Shown piece by piece: positions 1 through 11,693 of a stretch of 64,000 bases of DNA. Position 1 is the first letter of the stretch. The number at the start of each line of letters is the position of its first letter. The notes beneath the pieces were generated by a model. It was not told the origin of the DNA. It saw nothing but the letters and a program-made list of their open reading frames with translations, and did not search any database. The stretch comes from Takakia lepidozioides (lineage: Eukaryota > Plantae > Bryophyta), in the NCBI GenBank assembly GCA_030704615.1, contig CM060731.1, positions 81,592,001 through 81,656,000 of the forward strand. Reading direction: 5' to 3'. Position numbers and translations under genes: made by a program.

Positions 1-1399
1 AATACGAGAATCTGTGGTGCATCTTAGAATATTCTATCTGCAAGGAATGTAAACGGTGGCGGAGGGGCTATTCCCAGGCCCGAGTGTGGTGGGTAGAAGC
101 GGCCCGCGTTATTCCTTGTTTATTTGTTACGTGGGAGTTGATGATGAGGTATAAGGGTATGCGGGAGTGTTGTTGTAAAGGAGAAGGGTGAGGTCTGATC
201 ATGGGTTTGCCGTGAGCTCACACCAAAAGCCCACTTGTGAGTTGTCTGCACAGGTGAACTACCTGTGGACATGCCTCTCACATGCTGTCTACAAGCGACT
301 CTGTAAAGGCATGTAGGAGTTGAATGCGTCGTTTTGTGATTGGAAAAGCTGGCATATGAGGGATGACAGTGAGTGGGAGATAGATCGTGAATTTGTACAT
401 ATGGACCTGTAGTATATAGAGCTTGAGAGGTAGATAATTGAATGCAAACCGTGCCCTCGAAATGTTCGAAAGAGTTAACATTCACTCGACAAATAGGTGG
501 AATAGCCAAGTTTCTTTCCACAAAATTGTATGCTAAGCTAAAGCTCCAGTGTAGATTGAAATCTTATCGGTGGGGTGTAGGTGTTATATTGCTGCATAAC
601 GGGGAGCTCCCACCTCGTCGGTAAAAACACATGAAAGCAGTCACAGAGGCACTGAAGACATGTCTCTGAAGGTGCGAAATCCTTGGTTAGGATTGGAGGT
701 TTTTGTCACTGGCCTGTATCTCTGTCTAAATAGCTCTGCTATTCGCTCGCTCTCCGTAGGATTTACAGGGGTACACAATCTTCAACATTGACGACATGAT
801 GACCATGGAAAGGGCGGGACGAAGCTTGACCCAAAAAGCTTGATCATATAAGGATTGGCTACTAGAGATAGTTTGAGAGGCTGGCTGAGGGAAATCGAAG
901 GGCATTGTCATTGAGAAGAATATGGTCTACCAGCTAATTACCGCTACATTGTGATCTACACTGAAATTTCAGTAAGCGTGGCGACTATTGTTTGGTGTGC
1001 CGATGGTACATGTAGACGCCCAGAATCGATTGTTGGGTCTGTCTAACGGGATTCGAGTATAATTTGAGCTCTTTCTTGCTGGCTCACCACATTCTAGATT
1101 GCTTTGCTTCGGGTTTACAATGGGCTTGTAGATCAGAAACAGGTCAAAAACCTTCTCCATTCCGTATTGAAGAAGCTTATTCGGTCCCCACTTGGGGCAG
1201 CTTTGACCAAGCCAGATCTCTCAATGGTTAATTACATACTGAGTTTTGGTTCAACTGCCTGAAAGTGCAAATCATACATGTACAAGTTTTCTTTCTCGAA
1301 GGCTCCTCTGCCAACCTGATACTTGTAGCTACCAAAAACTTGTCTCATCCCATTCCATTGGGAGCCCACCATTGGCTGCCCATGCACTCAAGTGATTTG

Positions 1400-2250
1400 T
1401 TCATTATCCATTCCCAATTAATTATTACTATGGACTGAGGGGGCTTATGCATCTGTTCTATTAATTAATATAACTATGGTTCATGTTTGCGTCTTTTCTT
1501 TGGCCCACTAAAGTAGGTATTAACTAGTAAGTAATAAGAGGTAGGGGAAGAGAGCGCTCTTCTCCTTTATATAGCCATTGATTGGCCCTTATTTATCTAA
1601 GGGGGCCTACTTGCACAGCCCACCAAAGTAGCCCACCAAAGTGAGGTGGAGGTGAAAGAAACCTTGTAAAATGGAGCCCCTACCCTCCTTATATAGTGTC
1701 TCATGGAAGGGGCCCACGGCCTCATCTGCTTTTTGAAAGGGCCACCCTCCTACTTCTATGCTAGCATGTACACGTGGCATCTCACTTCACCCATTCCAAC
1801 ATAGGTGCCCTCCCTCCCCATTGGTTGCTCCAATCCTCTCCCTTTTTTGACCTTCAAGGAATAGCCTTGCCAGAATTTGGGACCCTTACCCTCTCAGCCT
1901 CACCCAGTCGGGCGGTCATGGACCTTTCTAGCCGGCTGCCCCACACATGTCACCCCTACAAACCAAATTTGGCACCTCAACCATCCTCCATTCCTTCCTA
2001 CCTTCTTTCTTTTGACCCCCTTACACAACGGTTATTCTTCAAATCCTTGTGTAGCTTACCATATATCCCCCTTTTTAATTCCTGGACCATCCTCTAATGG
2101 ACAGGGCCCATGCAAACTTGGGGGTCTATTATTAGTGCTGGTCTTTTCTATAATATATTTTGGGGAGACTAGGATATTGATGAAAAAATTAAAAAAAATA
2201 GTGATATGGGGTAAAATTAGTGATATGGGGAGCAGTGTGTGTCACACCCT
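1400..2250. mobile_element. Probable LTR-like retrotransposon remnant (non-coding)
   Basis: Low-coding segment with TATA-like 'ctcctttatatagc/ctccttatatagtg' motifs and composition similar to the LTR-like block at 23.3-23.9 kb; no paired LTR or TSD found. Confidence 0.25.
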
Positions 2251-2523
2251 CCTTCAAACAGCCTCTTAAACGTCCAGCCCCCTTAGGTTGATTTTATTTT
2301 TTTGAACCACTTGGGGGTATATAATTCATACTTCTCATTGTTGAATAATTGGGAGTTTAAGGCTCAGGTATGCGCCAGGCAGCGGCCCATGCACGGACGT
2401 CGGGCGCCCTTGGGTGGCCCCGCCGCGACCTATGACCCGGCCGGGTGGGTCTGCCGCGAGGATGGGTCTGCTATCAGGTATGGTCTGCCGCGCAGTAGGG
2501 TCCGTAGGCCCTGACCCTAGGCG

Positions 2524-2846
2524 TGTTAGACTAATTTCTCTACCCGAGGGATATTCTCTTATCCTCTGAGAGTTTGGGCGCTAAAGCGGGGAAGTAGCCA
2601 GTAAAGCACGCCAAGTTAGATGGGAAGGATCTCTTGCTAGAAGAGCCTCAGCAGGTAGAATACACCATCTTACATATGTAAGATTCGTCCACGCCAGGAG
2701 GAGCGAGCTTCTGCAAGTTTACCAAAGCAAGGTCCTTCAAGCCAAAAAAAATCAAATTCAAAATCTAGACCAGGCATCCGATAGGAGAGGGATGGAAAAA
2801 ACCTCCGGGGGAAAACCTTACCCGGCAAGATGGGTGAAGGACAAAA
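2524..2846 (-). mobile_element. Possible LTR segment of the gypsy element whose body now lies at 7.5-9.6 kb
   Basis: Begins TGTTAGAC on + (…TCTAACA on -). It joins the 9.6-kb flank through a shared TTTTGTCC/GGACAAAA 8-mer once the 6974-10231 inversion is undone. Confidence 0.3.
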
Positions 2847-3060
2847 TCTTGGGGGGTGCACTCCTCATTAAATGTACCAGCCACGTGCGTGCACAGGAGG
2901 GGGTATTTTAAACCCCCCCATGTACAACATTATACATACAGAGGGGGGTTTTAAACACCTTAAATATAATTTTACAGGAAGGGGTTGTTGAGTTTTAAGG
3001 GATAGTGTAGTGGTAAGAATGACGTTTACGCCGCGATGCACCGCAGGATCGAATTGCGGG
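2847..3060 (+). mobile_element. Left terminus (TIR plus subterminal repeats) of a DNA transposon
   Basis: GGGGGTGCACTCCTCATTAAATGT matches GGGGGTGCACTCTTTATAAACTGT at 9638. Both ends carry ACAG(G)AGGGGGT-type subterminal motifs. Confidence 0.6.
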
Positions 3061-3269
3061 ATCGTCGTTTTGTTTGTTTGTTTTTTTTTTCGCTCCACGA
3101 TCTTTCTCCCCTGACCTCCCGCGGCTTTCTCTTTTCTTTCTCTTCCTCTCCCGCGTTCGCCTTCCCTTCCGCGGACTTTCTCTTTTCCCTCCTCTCCTCT
3201 CCCCTCCTCTCCACAGGGCATGATAGGACAATGTGGTGAGGGCACCTTCTTCTTCGACCTATTTCAGTA

Positions 3270-4780
3270 AGCTCATTTCCCTTTGAATGCCTTGCTGCAT
3301 AGGCTCGTTGCTGTGCCTTCTGTGCTGAACCTACATTGTCCCGCAATGTGCTTTGAAGCTCATGAATTAGCATGATCTCTTCCTCCATCATCCTTCGCCT
3401 TGCTGCCTGGTCATCAGTGAGCTCCCCTAGCTCCGCAATCTGTCGACACCTGTTGTCTTTTGCTTTTCCATGAATTGCAATTATTCTCTGCCTCAATCTT
3501 CCGGTCATGTGTTCCACCAGATCGTCGGGTAGATCGTTGTAGTGTGGGTAACGTAGCGCCAAGTGCGCCCAACATCATTTCTTTTGTGTCCAATGTCCAT
3601 AGATAAACACAGATGGCAGTTTCTCCACTCCTCCGTATTCTTCCGTCACTGAGTGCAGCAATCACGTTTGTAGTTCAGTTATAACTGCTGCCCCCCATAC
3701 ATTCTTCCCTTCACTGCACGTGGTGCTCATGCTTGACGTTTCATGGGTATGTTCTCCAGTGCTCGTCGTGTATGTTCTACTTTCGTCGTTTGCCGTTGCA
3801 TTTCCGCTTGTGAGATTTTGCCCTGCTTGCCTTCTCGTTCTTCCCTTGTGTAATTAGGCTCTTCACCAGTCTGAAAATAAATCCTTCTGCCTTCAAATGC
3901 ACCTTTTCTTTACATCTTTCGGATCGTGTTTGAACCATGTTGATTCGGGACAGGTTTCTCTCCTCATTCACCATATGTCGCAGCTCCTTGCCAACCAGCA
4001 TCCCTCGGCAGATATTCCATGCTGCCATCATGTTGCTCCACTTACTCGTATCTTTAGTTGTAGTGACAGTTGCTTGGTTCGCCGTTGTGTTTGCAGCCCG
4101 AAGGTCATCCCACACCTGCTCAGCTGCTCTTCTGCTTACTGGGTACCCCTGTTCCCTTCTTGTGATCTCTAGCATATCCCAATTAGCAGTAAGTGACCTC
4201 CTTGTGCCTCCCTTCCTTTTGCACTTGCACCGTATTACCCTCCTTTCACATACAAGGACTATAGTTTCCTTCCCTTGCTTGTGTAATTGTTGATTTCTTC
4301 AAAGGAAAGTTGTTTCATTGCCCCTAAGCAACTCACTGTATCAGGCCTATTCTCCTCCTTATCATCCCTCGCCCTTTGGAAAATTCCAGCCATAATTGAA
4401 GGGCAATTGGTTGTTGTACTTAACTGCACGAATGTTCTCCTTTCCGTTAGAATGAGCTGCACGTCCTTTCCATGCTGACATACCCTTTCTTCTTCCTGCA
4501 GGATCCTTTGCCCAACCCTGTTATTTCTATCATTTGTGCCATCCTCTTGGCGTTTCCACAGCCTCCCCTCATTGCCAGTGAAGTGTTTCTTTCTCTTCCC
4601 TTTGTCTTTAAAGACACTCCAACTCTTAGCTGCAGTACCCTTCGCTGATTTCTTATTGCCTTTGACCTCATGTATGTTTTCAATCATATTTGAAGGGTGA
4701 TCACTTGCTGCCATATGCATGACTGTGTCATTGACTGCTTCTCTTGTCTCAGTATGATGTTTAATTGTTGTCATGTCAGG
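3270..4780 (-). mobile_element. Degenerate retroelement-derived coding remnant; the 3' part resembles a gypsy integrase C-terminal coiled region
   Basis: MMEEEIMLIHELQSTLRDNVGSAQKAQQRAYAARHSKG parallels MMNEKTQLIAEPESDLRRSVKKGQQKQSRDYARKHHG at 45.9 kb; the other broken ORFs are unassigned. Confidence 0.35.
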
Positions 4781-4782
4781 CC

Positions 4783-5382
4783 GTGCTCAGCTGCACCGTG
4801 GTGTCTTTGTGGTGGTTTGGAGTGACTTTGCAGGTACTGCCGATGTGGCAGCAGGAAAGTACCCAAAAACAGATAACAGAGATGAAGATAAGCTTTGGAA
4901 TGAACACTTTCCTGACATGCAATTCAGAGTTGGAACTACTGTAATAAGTAGGGTTTGGGGTGTTTACTGAAAGAACTTCACGCCGTGAGTGTCAGCTGCT
5001 AACAGCAAGGCTAAGGATGTATTCATGATTTGTACACAGGCAGGGATAGTTGAAGACCAGGGATAGAGGTCCAGATTCATCCAAGAGGGCCGGATTTCAC
5101 ACAAAATTACGTCTGATTCCTTGTGGATCAATAGCTACAAGAAATCTGTTTGGGTAGATGGTCAACTAGAAACAGCAGCGGCAGCAACGGTTGTAGAGCA
5201 AGGACTACTGATAAAGGTACCTTCTTCAATACATTTGTGGTGAGGGCACCTTCTTCTTCGACCTATTTCAGCCTGTTTTTCCCTCTCATCAGACTCATTA
5301 GCTCATTGGGATGATATGTGGTGGTTTGGAGTGACTTTGTAAGTTACTGCCGAGGTGGCAGCAGGAAAAAACAGATAACAGA
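4783..5382 (+). pseudogene. Fragments of the PDF-motif N-terminal region of the PDF-PPR gene family
   Basis: DEDKLWNEHF (4880-4910) and IHPRGPDF-HKITSDSLWINSYKKSVWVDGQLE (5076-5172); DNA shared with 26-29 kb and 48.4-48.9 kb. Confidence 0.7.
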
Positions 5383-6324
5383 TTGTACTCATAAGACGTT
5401 GTTTGCCGTAGCCTTGTGGCCATTGACCCCGCGCACAGTTTGAGCGGGAACAAAAGAGACAGATTCTACCTCTGTCAGGGGCTACTGTGTGTGATTTGCC
5501 CAAAAACAAGGCCTCAGGAGGGGCTGGGCTTTTGGCTCAGCCTCAAGACTTTCAAAGTTGGTAAACAGGGGTACAGACACAATTCCCTTGATAGATTTGA
5601 AGAGAGCGTCTCTTTGGTGAGAGAACCCCGGACAGTGTATCAGAAAATGAATATTGTCTTCAGATTGCCCACACAATGGGAAGTGCACTCCCCCTTTCCT
5701 CTCTGCTTCTGTTTGCTGTTCAAAGATAGGCTTCCTTCCCTGAGTTTAAATTTCAGTCTAGTGCCGAGAGTGGGTGGACCCTTGAGGTCATCCAAGATGT
5801 CCTCCCCCATGTCACTGACTAGAAACAAGTTCAGGGAAGTTTTCTGCCTAACTTCATTTTCATCAGACAATCTCATGGCAACAGACATGGCTTTGGACAC
5901 TACAGCCTTTAAGTCGGATTTATCCAGCAGGGTCAAGACTTGCGGATCAAGGTCTAGGTCCTTGAGAATCTCTTCTACTCTGGTGTTGGGAAAACACCTT
6001 TTGATCTCAGTCCAAACCAGGAAGTGGTCAGAGGTACCAATATCAGTTCTGTTGATCAACACATTGGCACACTAGGGGAACAAATTTTTGTCCATTATGA
6101 TATAGTCCACAATGGAACGTTCCCCAGTTTGGGATTTCTCACGAGTCCACTGCACTTGGTCACCTCTTGTCTTGTTATTCAAGGTCAAAAGCTGAAGCTC
6201 TTCCAGACAGTTAATTAACCGTCTGCCATTAGAATTCAGCTCGTCCTCACCAAAAGACCCAATGATATCGTCCTGATGGAGCCCTTTGCCCACTTGGGCA
6301 TTGAAGTCACCCTGCAATAGCACC
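5383..6324 (-). mobile_element. Internally deleted non-LTR retrotransposon (LINE, RTE/RTE-X-like): APE endonuclease end joined to a C-terminal zinc-knuckle region, RT missing
   Basis: LQGDFNAQVG…GRRLINCLEE…SIVDYII…TSDHFLVW (endonuclease), then GTRLKFKLR and PLCGQSEDNIHFLIHCP. Flanked by ACAGA at 5378-5382 and 6325-6329. Confidence 0.75.
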
Positions 6325-6344
6325 ACAGAGATGAAGAGAAGCTT

Positions 6345-6973
6345 CGGATGATTGCATTGTGGAGGCTTTGAAAACTGGATTTCTAGAAGCACAACTTTTA
6401 TGCCATAACCTTGGGATGAAACCAAACAAAGCGACAAACTTGGATTGGTGGAATGAGCCATGGACAATTGAGAGACAAATGGAGGCCGAGCTATTCAAAA
6501 GCATGGAAGAGGAGGGTGATGATGTCGATGCCATAGATTCTATTTGTCCTCTTAATGCAAACACACATATTCAAAATGAGGTCGTGGAAGATGAATTGGT
6601 GTGCGGGCCTTCGAATTCAATGGAGGATGTTTTGAGCCAACTTTTGGATGATCATGCGGAAGAGGTACTTATTCAAAGTGAATTGAGACATACTCTGGAT
6701 GCTGTCATTGATGAGTTTGAACAAGAGAAAGATGGATCGAAGGCGGTGGTTTCATTTGTCAAAGTAGACGGGAAGACCATATTCAAAAGCACTTTGGTTA
6801 GCCAACTCAATGGCAACCCTACTCTATCCAAGGATAGATTGACACGAGTAAGAAGTGCATCGATGTTGTTTTGCCGAGAAAACAAACCAACTACCAGCAA
6901 CAAAGCCACGAGCTTGGGATTGGGTTCGGATTGTGCTGTATTTTTTGTTGATGAGGAGACTGCGATCCAAACT
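6345..6973 (+). mobile_element. C-terminal region of a transposase-like protein, truncated by an inversion breakpoint
   Basis: Open frame ALKTGFLEAQLLCHNLGMKP…KSTLVSQLNGNPTLSKDRLTRVR…LGLGSDCAVFF ends abruptly at primase intron sequence. The family is recalled from bryophyte repeats and the superfamily is not verified. Confidence 0.5.
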
Positions 6974-7495
6974 ACAGTGAATTGCAGGACCTAGTTATGT
7001 CTTCTCCCATATTGGTTTGTCTGGTCTATTAGCATAATCTCATCGGTCGACTCCACATGAATTCAGCGCGTGTACACGCACAATGCGTTTGATCTGCCCG
7101 GTATGCCATTTTGAGCTGTTAGGTCTCTTTGTCACCTCATTCAGACGCTATTGTTGATGTTGATGCGAATCACCTGTTTTCGTACCTTCGCATTTCAGGC
7201 CCGTAGATTGAGTTGTTTGATGTGCTACTAGGAAGGCTGTTTCCTTGCGTAGAGATGCACAAGTGGTTGTCATATGGACAAAGTAAACTCCCAAACAATG
7301 TGGTCTTTGTCAATGACTCGGGAGTTCGTCATCTTTGTTTGTTTGTTTACCACCTTAGAGTAGCTGTGTTTGGACTCATTGTTCAGTGTCCAACATTCTT
7401 TCTTGTACCCTGCTTTCTTTTGTATAAGCTCTTTGAGCTTTCCTTGGACTTAGCAAAGTTTATTTATTTATTTATTCTTAACATATACAGAGAAA
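6974..7495 (+). pseudogene. PRIM1: Duplicated DNA primase small-subunit fragment (intron 1, exon 2, intron 2)
   Basis: Near-identical inverted copy of 32730-33369; exon GRLFPCVEMHKWLSYGQ followed by a gtaaac donor. Confidence 0.85.
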
Positions 7496-7499
7496 CACT

Positions 7500-9635
7500 T
7501 CAGGCAGTACCTGCATGGTTGTTATTTCACCGTGGAGACAGATCATCTCCCTCTCAAAGCCCTTAAAACTCCTCGTGAATTGTCTGATAGGCTTGCTAGA
7601 TGGACTTTGCTTCTACAGGGCTTTGAATATGATATAGTTTACAAACAGCAACGCTGATGCACTTATTAGGGGAGAGACCAAGACCCATGTTCCTTACATG
7701 ACTCTGGATGATTTGGCTCGCATGCAGGATCCTGATCGTTCACTGCCTGATTTACATCTACGTGCATCCTTTTTTAGCTTGATGGATGAGTTGCCCTATG
7801 CAGTTAAACCTGCAGGGGATCTCATCACTTTTGATGTACATTAAGTTGGTTACTTTGGTACTTGGGTGTCTGGTCTGATATTCTTTTGTTTGATCAATCC
7901 TGCCTGGTAACTTACAGCCGTACCTTCTTCTTCTCACATGGGCATGTGTTTCTTATGTTTACTTCCCTTAGGACCTGTACTTCACGCCCAACCTACCTTC
8001 ACATGTAAGCCTGCTTCAGATGTGATGTAGGGTTATATTATTTGAAGACCACAGGGGCGGACACTTCTGATTACCTGCTATTAACACACTGTTTCCTGGC
8101 TCTGTGCATGATAGGCATGGATGACTCCCTGTTCGCAGCCCTTCTCCACAAGTGCAAGGCCGGCATACAACTCCCAAGTCTTTCCAAGACACTTCAAAGC
8201 CAAGTTAACTATCACCTTCCCTGTCATGTGGAACGTGAAGGTAAATTGTTGAAGAACATTGTCTTGGATGGCACCGTGGAGGTTCCTAATAGGAGCTCAA
8301 TTCCAGAGTTGCTTGAATTATATGATGCCTCACCTTTTGCTGGTCACCTTGGTGTGACTAAAACTGTCAAGCGTTTGCAAGAACAATATGCCTGGAAGGG
8401 TAGACGTTGCATCATTTGTTTCTAAATGTGTTGAATGTCATGCCAAGACATTGCTTCCTCGGGCTCGCGCTTCATTACCCATGCGGCCTATACCTGTCAC
8501 TGGTCTCTTTGATAGGGTGGGCTTAGATCTTGTTGGACCTCTTAAGCTCACAGAGAAGAGCCACTCCTACATAGCCGTAGCAATGGACTACCTCTCTAAA
8601 TGGGTGGAGGTCCTACCTTTGGCCGCAAAGGATGCAGATGCAGTCGCACAATTTTTCTTTGATGAAATCATTCTCAGGCACGCATGTCATCTTGAGATAC
8701 TTACAGATCAGGGTACAAAGTTTTGCAACCAGTTAATGCAAGTGATATGCTTCAATCTTGGGATAAAGCATCGAACCACGACGTCTTATCACCCCAGTGC
8801 AACGGTCTGACTGAGCGATTCAATAAGACCATGTGTTCCATGATGGAGAAGAATGGTTCTCTGTTGGGTGATGGGATGTGGCTCTTCCAGTTTTGATTTT
8901 CACTTATAGGACTTCAGTTCACGCAAGTACCAGGTATACTCCCTTTGAGCTAGTATATGGCAGATTTGCTCGCAGTCCTTTGCATGACACTCCGCTGATT
9001 CCTGTCGGTACTGGCCCTGTTGATTGGGATGCATTCTTGGTTGAGATGAATGCTAAGAGGCAAAAGTTGTTATCCTCTGCCAAAACCAACATAGCTAAAG
9101 CTCAGGCAATTCAGGCTCGCAATTATAATCGACTTGTATGCTATTTTAAAAAGTTTCTGCAGGGTCAATCTGTGTGTGTACGGCTTCAGCAAGGGAAGAT
9201 CATTTCCACGGCTTCCAAGTGTATCGAGGGCCCATATCTTATGTGGAAGTCTTGCGGGGGAGACAGTACAGGCTGCTCCCTCAACATCACTCTGTCCCTC
9301 CTCTTTCATAGACTGTCCACCTTGATTCTCTTGTGCATTGCAAATTAGTTTTTGATCTCACTTGTATTAATGTAGAAGGTCGTCGTGTTATTCTGACCCA
9401 GGCTAGACGTGCTGCATGAGTGCAGATCATGAATTTCTGCTTTCTGCTTTTACACTTGACTTTTGTGCAGTGGTGGAGCTGCATCAGATCTGTGTGGCTT
9501 GGCTTGACTTCACCAGCTAGTTTTATTCATTTAGGATAGACATCTGATTGTGAGAGTGACAAGAGCTACGGAACTGCTCTGTTGAGCTTGCATCAATTGT
9601 ATGGTTTGGGGTTTTTCCTGCTGGGGGTTTTGTCC
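7500..9635 (+). mobile_element. Degenerate Ty3/gypsy pol: RNase H end, integrase zinc finger and core, C-terminal region
   Basis: SDRLARWTLLLQGFEYDIVY…NADAL; GHLGVTKT…CVEC; FDRVGLDLVGPL…DYLSKWVE…ILTDQGTKF…YHP…ERFNKT; YRTSVHASTRYTPFELVYGR. Several frameshifts. Confidence 0.9.
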
Positions 9636-9900
9636 CTGGGGGTGCACTCTTTATAAACTGTGCGTATCACGTGCGTTCGTCGCCTAATAAAAAAACCCCA
9701 TGTATACGGGTCCTTGGATAATTTATACCCCCTCTGTACATACTTTTTGAAGATTATAAAACCCCCTCCTGTAAATATACAAAAATTTACAATTTTTAAA
9801 AAGTACCCCCTTCTGTATGTATATTCTCATTTTCCATCATTAAAAATAATCCTCCAATATGTATATGTATGTTTTTATATTATATCGAATTTATTCATTT
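9636..9900 (-). mobile_element. Right terminus of the 2847 DNA transposon, flipped by the inversion
   Basis: CTGGGGGTGCACTC at 9636-9649 and ACCCCCTCCTGT/ACCCCCTCTGT subterminal repeats; lies 3' of the transposase-like stop at 9928 (-). Confidence 0.6.
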
Positions 9901-9927
9901 AAAACCTAATAAAATCTAACAAATTAA

Positions 9928-10231
9928 TTAAAAATAAAATTTGCCTTTGATAAAGTTGTCAAAGACTTTTTGGTCATTTGCATCAAGTACATATGTGTTT
10001 GACTTGACATTGTACTTTAAACATGCTAACGCGATAATGGAATCCAAATCAATCATCATGTTATCCGTCAAATCGTACGTATAGACCCTCCTCGAATTTT
10101 TTGGTACCATGCTAACCCAATCTCCATATGAGAAGGACGCTCCAATAAATCAATAGAATCCCTACATTCTACAAACCGCTTATTGATTTTCTTCCGCATT
10201 CTTTGAACCCTGCCCAAATACCAAGTGCCTT
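9928..10231 (-). mobile_element. Extreme C-terminus of the transposase-like protein (continuation of 6345-6973)
   Basis: KGTWYLGRVQRMRKK…(frameshift)…YTYDLTDNMMIDLDSII…VFDNFIKGKFYF*; fused at 10231 to primase exon 1. Confidence 0.5.
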
Positions 10232-10932
10232 TGTCTTTATTCGCATAATCGTTCTCGTCAAACTCCGCGCGGTCCTCATCCATGGGCTCCGGGGGTTGTT
10301 CTCCCACGGTCCTCGATTCAACTGAACACAAAAGACTCTAGAGATGAGGAAAATGAAGGTATATTTCAGCTACCGTCCAGTCCCTCACAGACTGGTGAAC
10401 AATGTTGTGTACTCTGCGGCTACATTCACAGCAAACAGCAGACTAGATTTAGAGAGACACTCTCAAAATCCTCCTCGGAGCTCTAGTGTAACACGCAATG
10501 GACCCCTTTCTCACAAGCAGACCAAGAAGAAAGGGAGAGCGCCAAGAGAGGATGAAAAAAGTGGGAAAGGATTGCTGGCTGCATAGGCTTCCTTAGGGAT
10601 GAGCTCACTCTATCATCCGTAGGGACGCATCCATTCACTTTTCATATCTCCTCGTACTGTCAATGGATGTATGAACCCAAGTAGTTGGATGTATAATAAA
10701 GTTTTGCCCGTAGTAAATGAATGTATGTAGATGGATGGAAAGCAGCTGATTGGGGTGGGTTGAGCTGATTCACGGTGCTCGGCCAGCTCCTGTGACATGG
10801 CCCAACTGCGATGCCATTTGCGGTTTTGCCAATTTGCATGTTGCACTGTCTTGCGAAAAGCTTAGGCTAAAGCAGAGCGATAAGCTTAAATTAAACATGG
10901 CGCTTGGGGCTGGCTAAACCTATCGTGGAGAC
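10232..10932 (-). pseudogene. PRIM1: Duplicated primase upstream region plus truncated exon 1
   Basis: Direct near-identical copy of ~33449-34161; encodes (V)GEQPPEPMDEDRAEFDENDYANK. Confidence 0.85.
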
Positions 10933-11693
10933 TCATATTGCATCCGCGCTACTGCCTTTTGTGAACACTGCTGGCAAGAGATGTGGATATGGAGGCGATG
11001 CGTTTTATAGAGTTCTGGATTAGCAACAACCGGTGCATGACCAAGAGAATAAGTGGAGCGTGTCAGTGGACTCCAAGGTCGAAGAAGACAGAGAGACGCC
11101 ATGGCCATATAGACTGATTTCTAGCTTGGTAACTAAAAAAAGAATTATGTGGTGTAGATTGCAATAGCAGTGTGACTGGCCTTTGATTGAATGGACTAAG
11201 AGCAGAGACGAGCGAACGTGGAAATGGTGGAAGCGCGTGGCAACTGAGAGCTTTACAACCTCAGTGCTACTTGCTTTCTGGTTGATTCTACGGCTGTGGG
11301 GCGATTTAGGGTTTCGGGGTTGACTTCATCGGTGACTCTCCCGGGGCCTTCATCAGTCAGCATGGACAACATGGCGCAGGACGGAGGCAGAAATTCTCGA
11401 GACTGCGTGGGCTTGATGTTGAGGAAATGGGCGTTATACATGCGGGTCTTATTTGCTGAATCTTTTTACAAGGGAATTGAGGGTTTGTAGTTTGTACGAT
11501 CCAGGGATTAGTGTCGAGGCAGGCAGTTGCTTGCTTGTGTACTGGATTCGTTTACCGTCTCGTGGTGCTTCCCGGGTGCAGGAGACACTGGAGTTTTAAG
11601 CTTCTGGGGTGTAGTTTATGCGTGAGGAATGAGTACACGAGAGTTTCTGGTGCAATTATCCTTGTCTCTGTGTTCTGCGTACTTGGTTTCAGA

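Noticed and set aside
120-1400. Short ORFs at the window start
   Set aside because: No recognisable motif; probably a decayed TE interior that cannot be assigned.
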